This document shows positions 23,436 through 31,550 of a stretch of 32,000 nt of DNA, piece by piece. Source of the DNA: Candidatus Saccharimonadota bacterium (lineage in GTDB: Bacteria; Patescibacteriota; Gracilibacteria; UBA4473); NCBI GenBank assembly GCA_030429505.1, contig JAUIFI010000001.1, positions 660,001 through 692,000 on the forward strand, read 5' to 3'. The translations under genes were made by a program, and so were the position numbers. Below the pieces are notes generated by a model. That model was given only the letters and a program-made list of their open reading frames with translations, was not told where the DNA came from and searched no databases. Positions within the stretch are counted from its first letter, which is position 1; the number at the start of each line of letters is the position of its first letter.

Positions 23436-25849
23436 TCTTTTTCGTTTAATTTTTTAATCCCTTTTTTAGATTTCATGCCTTTTTGAGGCAAAGTAACAAA
23501 GAAAGTAGTACCTTTATTCTCCTGAGATGTGAACCTGATTTCTCCCCCGGCTTGTTCAACGATAGATTTTACGAGATAAAGTCCCAATCCATTACCTTCC
23601 GTATCTTGCTGTTTGACATTGTCAGCCCTAAAAAGCTTCGTAAATATTTTATCAGCTTGACCTTTGGGGATCCCATATCCGGTGTCTGTTACTTGAATGG
23701 AAATATCACTCCTTTTCTTTTGAACAGAAAGTTCTATTTTTCCTTTTTCAGGAGTGTATTTGACTGCATTAGAAAGTAGGTTTTGAAAAATAATTCGGAT
23801 GAGTTTTGGATCAGCGGATAAGACAGGAAGTTTTTCATCATATTGTGTGATAATTTTGAGATTTTTTTCTTTTATATCAGGGGCAAGTTCTGACAAAACA
23901 CTTTTTGCGGTTTCTTTGAGATCTACATCTTCAGGATCAATTGCTAGAGTACCCAACTCTATCCGCGATACATTGAGCAACGAGTCAACGAGCTTGACCA
24001 TACGCTTATTACCATCATAAATCTGCTGGACATATTTTTTTTGTTCCTTACTGATTTTTCCAGCATCACCATCGAGCAGCATAGCCGAAAACCAATTGAT
24101 CGCTGACAAAGGTGTACGCAATTGATGAGAAGCGAGTGAGACAAATTCTGTTTTGGCTTTATCGATTTCTTTGCGTTTGGTGATATCCTGCTGGATACCG
24201 AGATAAAAAATATTTTTTTTGTTTTCTTGGATAGGAATAACAGACAGCTGAACAGGATACTCTGATCCATCTTTTCTTTTATTTATAATATCCTCGGTTT
24301 GAAAAACTTGTCCCTTTTCGATCGATTTCCACATTTTGGTGTAGACTTCAGGATTAGTTTTCCCGCTCCTCAAGAGAGCGGGTTTTTTGCCAACTACGTC
24401 TCTCATCAGATAACCATTCATAGCCTCCCATGCTTTATTGACATAGATGATAAACCCTGCGGGATTGGTGATAATGATTCCGTCTGTAGATCGTTCAACA
24501 GCTTGTTGAAATTTCTTGGTTTCTCGTATTTGCTGTTGCATTTTTTCTTTTTCTTCTGTGATATCTTCGAGAACGTTCGCAAGAGCCTTTTGTGTGTCTT
24601 CTAGATCAGCATTTTGTTTTTGCAGGTCTTTTGTTTTTTCAAAAATCCCTTTTTCCAAATTATTGTATATTTGATTGAGTGTCTGAGTCATACTAAAAAA
24701 GGCTCTCGCTAACTGTCCTATTTCATCTTTTTTTTCCAAAAGGTCGGATGGAAATTCTGCATTTCGGTTTCCTTTGGAGATTGATCGTGCTAAACGAGTT
24801 ATTTTTTCCAGAGGACGAGCAATAGACTTTCCGGCAAAGAAGGTCACGATAATGGTCAGCGGTATAAAGAGAATAGTAATAAAAAAAGATCTTTGTCTCA
24901 AATCCCATAAGGGCTGAAGTAAATCATCTTCGTCAATGACTTTAAAGAGTATCCAGTACTCGTTTCTGTTCTGTGGATTATAAAATATTTTTTGCCATAT
25001 TCTCCACTTCTTTTCTTCTGAATCATAACTGTCAAATATATTATGACGGGCAACATCATCAATCAACTCGGGTTGTTCCAAAAAATAATTATAAGTGTGC
25101 GTTCCTAATTGATCACTAAAAAGTTTATTCATGTCAGGATGAATTAAAAACTGACCTTGTCGATCAATTAATATGGTTTCTAACGCACCATTAACTTGTG
25201 TCACTTTTCGCAGTATACGCTCAGCAAAAATGTTCATAATAACAGCTCCTTTTCGTTGTCCGGTTTCTGCATCAAAAACAGGAATACCAAATCGTAGTAC
25301 TGGCACATAGGGAATCTGAATAACTTCATTTTCTACATTGAGATCTAACGGAGATACATAAACAGAATTTTTTGAAGCTCTCATTATATCTCGAAAATAA
25401 TATCTATCGCTTTTATTCTGCAATTCTGACTCAGCGGCAATACGAACTGTTTCACCAATTTTTTCAACCCGGATCATTTCCTGCCCTTTTTCATCCAGAT
25501 AACGCATCTGAAAGATATCAGGATCTGTTTGAATTTCGGCAAAAAATATCGTTTGAAGACGTTCTTTCCACTGCTTGAGTGTACTTTGGTCGACCGGATC
25601 AATCCCAGTTTCACGAGCACGAATGATCCCCTGAATCGGAGGATAAAGGGCTGCAAGTTTCGCTTTAGAAGCGAAAGCGTCCAAAAGATTTTTAATAGTC
25701 GAACCTTCTTCACGAATAACCGTGTGATGAATAAGTCGAGCCTGATTTGAAATAGTCTCTCTAGTATTAGGGAAAATCAAAACCCACTGGATAATAACGG
25801 CTGGTACTATTGAGGCAAAAAGTAAGAGTAGGATCAGATTTTTTTTCAT
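23432..25849 (-). CDS. Sensor histidine kinase (TM, double-Cache-like periplasmic domain, TM, HAMP, PAS, HisKA, HATPase_c)
   Basis: H-box FVSLASHQLRTPLSAI, N box LLSNAVKYTP, G boxes DTGYGIP and GNGLGLYLV. HAMP is KSIARPLEKITRLA...EIGQLARAF and PAS is TDGIIITNPAGFIIYVNKAWEAMNGY. The extracytoplasmic region is Cache-like (YYFRDIMRASKNSVYVSPLDLN...PVLRFGIPVFD). Confidence 0.9.
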   Translation of the reverse strand: MKKNLILLLLFASIVPAVIIQWVLIFPNTRETISNQARLIHHTVIREEGSTIKNLLDAFASKAKLAALYPPIQGIIRARETGIDPVDQSTLKQWKERLQTIFFAEIQTDPDIFQMRYLDEKGQEMIRVEKIGETVRIAAESELQNKSDRYYFRDIMRASKNSVYVSPLDLNVENEVIQIPYVPVLRFGIPVFDAETGQRKGAVIMNIFAERILRKVTQVNGALETILIDRQGQFLIHPDMNKLFSDQLGTHTYNYFLEQPELIDDVARHNIFDSYDSEEKKWRIWQKIFYNPQNRNEYWILFKVIDEDDLLQPLWDLRQRSFFITILFIPLTIIVTFFAGKSIARPLEKITRLARSISKGNRNAEFPSDLLEKKDEIGQLARAFFSMTQTLNQIYNNLEKGIFEKTKDLQKQNADLEDTQKALANVLEDITEEKEKMQQQIRETKKFQQAVERSTDGIIITNPAGFIIYVNKAWEAMNGYLMRDVVGKKPALLRSGKTNPEVYTKMWKSIEKGQVFQTEDIINKRKDGSEYPVQLSVIPIQENKKNIFYLGIQQDITKRKEIDKAKTEFVSLASHQLRTPLSAINWFSAMLLDGDAGKISKEQKKYVQQIYDGNKRMVKLVDSLLNVSRIELGTLAIDPEDVDLKETAKSVLSELAPDIKEKNLKIITQYDEKLPVLSADPKLIRIIFQNLLSNAVKYTPEKGKIELSVQKKRSDISIQVTDTGYGIPKGQADKIFTKLFRADNVKQQDTEGNGLGLYLVKSIVEQAGGEIRFTSQENKGTTFFVTLPQKGMKSKKGIKKLNEKE

Positions 25850-25868
25850 AGATAAGAGAATATTACCC

Positions 25869-27404
25869 CTAAGAATCCGAGGATTTCTTTTTCTTTTCTT
25901 TGACTGATTTTTTCAGTTCTATCATTTTCATTTCTCGTCCAATCATGACTTTATTGAGCTTTTCTAGTGATTCTTTTTGCTTTCGGATTTGTTCGTCTGA
26001 TTTTTTACGAACAGTGATATCTTGGGTTTGTGCTACAAAATACAAAGGTGTTCCCCCTCTATCTCGAACGAGGGAGACATCTAAAAGAACCCATATGATA
26101 TTTTTTTTCTTGTGAATATAACGTTTTTCTGACTGGAAGTGAGCGACTTCTCCGTTGATGAGTTTCTTCATCAAGTTCATACAGCGATCTAGATCGTCTG
26201 GGTGAGTTAGAGATTGAAAACTCATCTTGAGAAGTTCTTCTTCACTATATCCAAGAATGTCACAAAGTGCTTTATTGACCTGAATCCATTTACCTTTGAG
26301 AGAGACAAGTGCCATACCGACGGGAGCATTCTGAAATGCTTGCGAAAACCTATTTTCACTCTCCTCTAGTGAAGATTGAGCTTTTTCTGTCTGAAGCGAT
26401 GTCCGATACTGATGGAAAAGCAAAAAACTAATTATACTCAGGAGAAAAATACTAGCACTTGCGCTAATCAAGAGAGAGAATAAAGGAAGTTGTGTATGAA
26501 ATCTTTCTTCCATTTCTACTGAAGATTCCCAGAGAATTGTCCAAACATTGTTTCCAAGTTCTAATGATTTTTGAATACTAAATCGTGGAGAATGATTTGC
26601 ATCAATTATTTTTTTATAGATCAGGTTATCGTTGGTAATGTTTGCTTGGTCATAAACCGAAAAACTAAGAAAACTGTCAGTATTAATAATATCTTGTAAA
26701 AAGTTTTCCCCCACAAATGGAGCATAAACCCATCCCTGCAAGGCTTCTCGTTTTTGTATTACTGTTTCTACGGGCTTGCCTTTCTCATAGACTGGCAAAA
26801 GGAGTAAAAAACCTGCTTTTTTTTGTTGATCCTGTACGAGCTGGATTATCTGGGTGATGGTAGCTTTGCCACTATCACGAGCTTTCTCTGCTGCAAAGCG
26901 TCTATTGGCTTCACTACCAATATTGAGTCCTACTGCTTCCTTATTGATCTCAACTGGTTCGATAAACAAAATAATGTAGTCTTCCTTATAATCTAAGTTA
27001 CCAATGTTGGTAATTTTGAATTGTGGATAATCATCTTCTCGTGCCAATTGCACAAAATTTTCTAGATCATCTTTTGACACCACTTGAATGTAACCAATAC
27101 CGTTAATACCAGGATAGTGCTGATTGACTTTTAGCGCCTGAACATAAGCTCCCCACTCATTTCGTTCTACACTTTGCGAAGCATTAAAGAGACCCACCCC
27201 TCCCCATAATCCTTCCTCATAAAATAACATTCGATTTTGGATGGCTGTTTCCGAGTCATGCACGATATCCAAAAAGAGTTCATAAGACTCTTTTTGTTCA
27301 AATTCTTTTGTTTTTTGATATATAAAGATATTTGTTGCAAAAAGAAATATCAAACACATCCCCCAAACTCCCCAGTAATTCAGTTGTTTTTTGTTTTTTT
27401 TCAT
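25869..27404 (-). CDS. CHASE-PAS sensor protein lacking any transmitter/output domain
   Basis: Order is TM, CHASE (YPGINGIGYIQVV...EPVEINKEAVGLNIGSEANRRFAAEKARDSG...LLLPVYEKG), TM, PAS (APVGMALVSLKGKWIQVNKALCDILGY), then a roughly 40-aa coiled-coil tail and the stop. Confidence 0.85.
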   Translation of the reverse strand: MKKNKKQLNYWGVWGMCLIFLFATNIFIYQKTKEFEQKESYELFLDIVHDSETAIQNRMLFYEEGLWGGVGLFNASQSVERNEWGAYVQALKVNQHYPGINGIGYIQVVSKDDLENFVQLAREDDYPQFKITNIGNLDYKEDYIILFIEPVEINKEAVGLNIGSEANRRFAAEKARDSGKATITQIIQLVQDQQKKAGFLLLLPVYEKGKPVETVIQKREALQGWVYAPFVGENFLQDIINTDSFLSFSVYDQANITNDNLIYKKIIDANHSPRFSIQKSLELGNNVWTILWESSVEMEERFHTQLPLFSLLISASASIFLLSIISFLLFHQYRTSLQTEKAQSSLEESENRFSQAFQNAPVGMALVSLKGKWIQVNKALCDILGYSEEELLKMSFQSLTHPDDLDRCMNLMKKLINGEVAHFQSEKRYIHKKKNIIWVLLDVSLVRDRGGTPLYFVAQTQDITVRKKSDEQIRKQKESLEKLNKVMIGREMKMIELKKSVKEKKKKSSDS

Positions 27405-27411
27405 AGAGTTT

Positions 27412-27894
27412 TTACAAACTTACCTCAATAGTTTCTGACAATTCAGCATCAGGTGCACATACAGTTACACGTTTATTCCCATCGCTTGTAATATGATATC
27501 CGGCACCATTAGAAGTTGCTCCTATAGGATCAACAGGAATTTTTACCAGATACTCCTTATCGGCAGTTAATTCACCTAAGCTAACTAGATTATCACAACT
27601 AGCTGCATCAGTTCGACAAATTTCATTCGAAAAAAGATTTTCACAACTTCCGACAGGAATATCTGCAGGGAGTTCTCCATTGTTATCAATGGCGTATTGA
27701 TAAACAGCATTTATGATGGTTGAAATATTAGCTTGTCTTTGTGCATTTTTGGTTTGACTGAGCTGTTTGCTGGGATTTATAGCTATGATGATAATGCTCG
27801 CTAATATGGCAATAGCAGCTACAACGAGAAGTGTTTCGATAAGAGTAAAACCGGATCTTGGTGAGCGAAAACAATAATTTTTTTGCATGAGCAT
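27412..27894 (-). CDS. Type IV pilin/pseudopilin (PilE-like; could be the major subunit)
   Basis: Class III signal RSG|FTLIETLLVVAAIAILASIII, which carries the prepilin N-methylation motif with Glu5. Confidence 0.85.
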   Translation of the reverse strand: MLMQKNYCFRSPRSGFTLIETLLVVAAIAILASIIIIAINPSKQLSQTKNAQRQANISTIINAVYQYAIDNNGELPADIPVGSCENLFSNEICRTDAASCDNLVSLGELTADKEYLVKIPVDPIGATSNGAGYHITSDGNKRVTVCAPDAELSETIEVSL

Positions 27895-27954
27895 AAGAAA
27901 TGAATATTACCATGATACCAAACCCTTTCGGGATTGAAAAATATTAAATTTGCA

Positions 27955-28359
27955 TTAAAAATCAGCTACTTCTGTCCATGAATGAAGAACTATTTGGGGG
28001 GTAATGCTAGAAATAGTAACTTGTGTTTTTCGGATTATACTGCCAGCTGTGCCAGTAGCTGTGACACTACGTGTTTCTCCTCCTGTATTGGTTACGGTAT
28101 AAGTACATGTTCCTGTAGGGAGAGTGACATTACCAGAGCCAGAAAAAGAAGTATTCGTTCTGACTTGTTCCAAGGCTTGCTCTGCGCAGGTATTACTCAA
28201 AGACTTGGCTTGGAGTGATTGTTGAAGTGTGAAGCTAGAACGTGAAGAATCGAGTCCCAAAAGAAGAAGTGATACAGTAATTGATACTCCAACAGCGCCT
28301 ATAATCAGGATGCTCAGGAGCATAATATAGCCTTGTTTTCGGTTTGGTATTTTAAACAT
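27955..28359 (-). CDS. PilX-like minor pilin
   Basis: N-terminus RKQG|YIMLLSILIIGAVGVSITVSLLLLG lacks Glu5. It is followed by the helix ...AKSLSNTCAEQALEQV, as in PilX N-terminal domains. Its position in the operon also fits. Confidence 0.6.
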   Translation of the reverse strand: MFKIPNRKQGYIMLLSILIIGAVGVSITVSLLLLGLDSSRSSFTLQQSLQAKSLSNTCAEQALEQVRTNTSFSGSGNVTLPTGTCTYTVTNTGGETRSVTATGTAGSIIRKTQVTISSITPQIVLHSWTEVADF

Positions 28360-28363
28360 AGGT

Positions 28364-28897
28364 TTAAGGATAAAATCTCAAGGAAGCAGAACTAGTAAAT
28401 GTCTTTGTGAAATCGTATTCGTTTCTTGATCCAGGATTTGTATGGGTAAGTGTTAATTGGATTTGAATAGTACCCGGAGTATCAATTCGAGAAATGTTTT
28501 CAAAAGTAAGATTCGAGACAATCACTCGATCAGAAGTCAGGCTTATAGCACTACCTACGCCTTCAGTGATGCGAAGAGTTCCATTCGATAGGTCGAAGAT
28601 AGTCGGATTTTGTTCAGCATTACTCATGGACAGAGAAAGCGTTGATCCACTATCCCCATTGGTGGGAATAGTGATAGCTTCAGCATTTCGGATAGCTTGG
28701 GTAATGATTTGCATAGTTTGAATCCCTTGTTGTCCGACTTCGGCAATAGTTTGGTTTTTTATTTTGGCTTGGATAAGTGTCCAGTAGAGAGTGGATATAA
28801 CTATGAGCATTCCTCCTGCGAGTGCTATGTAAAGCAACAGCTCGACAAGAGTAAAGGCATATTTTTTGTGTAGGGAAGATTGCAAAAAAATGGACAT
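28364..28897 (-). CDS. PilW-like minor pilin with an atypical -1 residue
   Basis: KKYA|FTLVELLLYIALAGGMLIV has Ala instead of Gly at -1 and keeps Glu5. There is a 1-nt overlap (TAATG) with the upstream gene. Confidence 0.7.
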   Translation of the reverse strand: MSIFLQSSLHKKYAFTLVELLLYIALAGGMLIVISTLYWTLIQAKIKNQTIAEVGQQGIQTMQIITQAIRNAEAITIPTNGDSGSTLSLSMSNAEQNPTIFDLSNGTLRITEGVGSAISLTSDRVIVSNLTFENISRIDTPGTIQIQLTLTHTNPGSRNEYDFTKTFTSSASLRFYP

Positions 28898-31104
28898 TAG
28901 TAGGGTTTGAAAATAAGAAGCTCTTGGTTGTTATCGGTCGTAGTTATAAAGGCAGTATTATTGCGTACAAATATTGAGGTTGGTCGACCGGCAAGACTGG
29001 TGATACTCAAGGATATAGGAGAAACGGGAGAGGTCACATCAATCACCTGAAAACCATTGATGTCTCGATTTACCACGATAAAAGCCTTATTATTATCGAC
29101 AAAGATATCATTCACATCGTCTCCTAACTCAAGTCCATTCAGATTCATCACTATCGGAGACAAAGGATTGGTAATATTGATGATGTAAAACTCTCCGGAC
29201 TGATTAACCGCATCTTTGCCCACATACGCATAGTTTCCATCGACAAAAACTGCACTTCCAGCAGAGTTATTAGGAAGATCAAGCGCAAACACGACGCTAG
29301 GAGAAGTAGGATTGCTAATATCAACTACTTGAAATTCTTCTTGATCATTTGCTACAGCCAGATAGGCATAGTTGCCAGATACAGTAATATCATTAATGGT
29401 ATTACCAATATTGAGTCCTCCTGACAGAGTAGGTGAAGATGGTGTCGAGACGTCCAGAATGTAAAGTTCATAGCCCGGATTTCCTCCGACATTATTGGTT
29501 GCCAAATAGGCGTAATCACCAGACACATCTATGGCTGATGTATCAGCATTACCCGATTTATTAAAGTCTCCAATCTGAGATAGAATTCCATCAGTATGTA
29601 CTATCTGTAACTCTTCACTATTATTACGTGAAGCGATGTAAGCATTTGGAAAGGAGATATCGATACCTGTAGCTCCTGATGAACCAAGATCAAGAGAGCT
29701 GGAGAGTGTCGGAGTCACTTCATTACTGACGTCAATCACATACAAATCATCCTGATTTCCTTGAAATGTTACAAGATAAGCAGTGTCATTCAGTACAAAC
29801 ACGTCCTGACCATCAGCACTAGAAGGCGTATTGTAAATCCCCTCAATCCTCGGAAATACCCATTCGGGAAGTGTCAGATCAATGTTGGCAGATTTCGTAG
29901 AACCATCAAGCATCCTAAACGTGATGGTAAAGCTCGTACTCAACATGTTTCCATCAAAACGGAAAAAATCTATATCGACTATTCCTGATGCAGGAGAGAG
30001 GACTGTATCAACGATGTCGATTTCAGTACCAGAATTTTGAGAGCCACTTGGACTGCCAGGTCCGCCGTCAGCCCATGCAGTATTATTGGCGATGTCGATC
30101 TGTTCGATTTGTCTTCCTGCTTTATTCCAAAAAGTCGTGATTGTATCAATAGTAATAGCACACGTCGGATCAGTATTCTGTACAGTTATATTTTCGAGAT
30201 CAGTAAAAAGGATTCCTCCGACATCAGCTGAACTAGTATCAATAGTCAAAGTGCTGGCTTGAAAAGGACAAGAAGGACCGGAAAAGTCGATACTAACGGA
30301 TTTTGAGCTGCCATCCGTCATAGTGAAAGTCATATCGAGAAGCACACCACTCATGTCACCATCAAATTGCAGATAATCCAAGTTTATAGCTCCGCCTCCG
30401 GCTGTCAGGGTGACATTTTGAATGTCGATTTCTACCCCCGAACTTTGTGCACCACTAGGAGTGCCTGGGCCAGTATCAGACCATACGATATTTCCATCGA
30501 TAGCCACTTCATCCATCAGGGTAAAGACATCCCAAGACACGGTTATTTTATCGAGGATAAGGTCGGTAGTACCAGTATTCTCCAGAGTAATTCCATTGAT
30601 CCTGGTATTGCCTAAGGCTAAGCCAGCACTACTGGTATCAATAATCAGATCAGTCAGATCTGATATGACTCTCTGCCAATTGGTTAGGTACATTTCAGCA
30701 CTGACAGTTCCTTGCCTTTGTGAACTTTGCTGCCAGGTAATAGTACTGGTGATATGTCTGGTTTGATCATTGATAGTGGTAATAGTGATTTGCCGAGTGA
30801 ATATATCAGTTTGATCTTGCATTCCGGAAAGTATCCATTGATTGCCACTTTTGATTATTCCATGTTTACCATTCACAAGGAGTGAAAAACTATCATCTCG
30901 GATGTTTCGGATAGCCTCCAACCCCTCTTCCGCCAACATTACCGCTCGAGCACGTTCGACTGATAGCTTTGTACTTTCTTGTCCATATAAAAAAGCGCCA
31001 ATAAATCCCATGACGATCAATCCGAGCAGTCCTGAAGCCAATACAATTTCTACCAGCGAAAATCCTGATTGGTTTGTACGGAAAAATTGAGGAGAAAAAA
31101 ACAT
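28897..31104 (-). CDS. Giant PilV-like minor pilin fused to two tandem ~125-aa modules and a seven-repeat LVIVD beta-propeller (putative pilus-tip adhesin)
   Basis: Class III signal TNQSG|FSLVEIVLASGLLGL. Tandem modules cover aa 153-277 and 286-413. Seven LVIVD-like repeats occupy aa ~431-733, e.g. GNYAYLAVANDQEEFQVVDISNPTSPSV, GDYAYLATNN..YELYILDVSTPSSPTL and NNKAFIVVNRDINGFQVIDVTSPVSP. Confidence 0.85.
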   Translation of the reverse strand: MFFSPQFFRTNQSGFSLVEIVLASGLLGLIVMGFIGAFLYGQESTKLSVERARAVMLAEEGLEAIRNIRDDSFSLLVNGKHGIIKSGNQWILSGMQDQTDIFTRQITITTINDQTRHITSTITWQQSSQRQGTVSAEMYLTNWQRVISDLTDLIIDTSSAGLALGNTRINGITLENTGTTDLILDKITVSWDVFTLMDEVAIDGNIVWSDTGPGTPSGAQSSGVEIDIQNVTLTAGGGAINLDYLQFDGDMSGVLLDMTFTMTDGSSKSVSIDFSGPSCPFQASTLTIDTSSADVGGILFTDLENITVQNTDPTCAITIDTITTFWNKAGRQIEQIDIANNTAWADGGPGSPSGSQNSGTEIDIVDTVLSPASGIVDIDFFRFDGNMLSTSFTITFRMLDGSTKSANIDLTLPEWVFPRIEGIYNTPSSADGQDVFVLNDTAYLVTFQGNQDDLYVIDVSNEVTPTLSSSLDLGSSGATGIDISFPNAYIASRNNSEELQIVHTDGILSQIGDFNKSGNADTSAIDVSGDYAYLATNNVGGNPGYELYILDVSTPSSPTLSGGLNIGNTINDITVSGNYAYLAVANDQEEFQVVDISNPTSPSVVFALDLPNNSAGSAVFVDGNYAYVGKDAVNQSGEFYIINITNPLSPIVMNLNGLELGDDVNDIFVDNNKAFIVVNRDINGFQVIDVTSPVSPISLSITSLAGRPTSIFVRNNTAFITTTDNNQELLIFKPY
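29866..30648 (-). repeat. Intragenic tandem duplication (two ~125-aa modules) in the giant pilin
   Basis: Module 1 (30274-30648) and module 2 (29866-30249) share IDTSSA..., W(S/A)D(T/G)GPG(T/S)PSG(A/S)Q(S/N)SG(V/T)EIDI, FDG(D/N)M and DGS(S/T)KS. They have diverged at the DNA level. Confidence 0.8.
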
Positions 31105-31109
31105 GTGAC

Positions 31110-31550
31110 TTAGTACTGAATCATACCTTTAGCATTGATCGTGAGAGAATGAATTTCATTGAGTGGACTGGTAAAGCTAAGCATTCCGGTGGTATTCGGC
31201 TCTCCAGATAATTTTGTAAAAACGATTTCTGTCAGCCCTGACGGGAGAAATCCATTAGGGATGGAAAATGATTCATCAAAGTTGGCATTCCGTGTCCCAA
31301 AACTCGCTCCCTGAAAAAGAGTTACTTGTCCTGTCTGAACCGATATGCCCCATGTCTGGTCACTATGTGAAGCCTGAGAAAGAAGTTGTGCTCGACGCAT
31401 AGTTTGAGCAACGATGTTGACCGCGATGCCACCTTCGTTATGAACTGCGAACGAACGGTACAAAGGAATCGAGAGTCCAGCCAGTAACGCAAATATTACA
31501 ATGGATAGAAGGATTTCTACCAGAGTGAAGCCTTTACTCGGTTTCATCAT
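31110..31550 (-). CDS. GspH/FimT/FimU-like minor pilin
   Basis: Class III signal MMKPSKG|FTLVEILLSIVIFALLAG. It is the first pilin gene of the array and ends 5 nt before the next gene. Confidence 0.8.
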   Translation of the reverse strand: MMKPSKGFTLVEILLSIVIFALLAGLSIPLYRSFAVHNEGGIAVNIVAQTMRRAQLLSQASHSDQTWGISVQTGQVTLFQGASFGTRNANFDESFSIPNGFLPSGLTEIVFTKLSGEPNTTGMLSFTSPLNEIHSLTINAKGMIQY

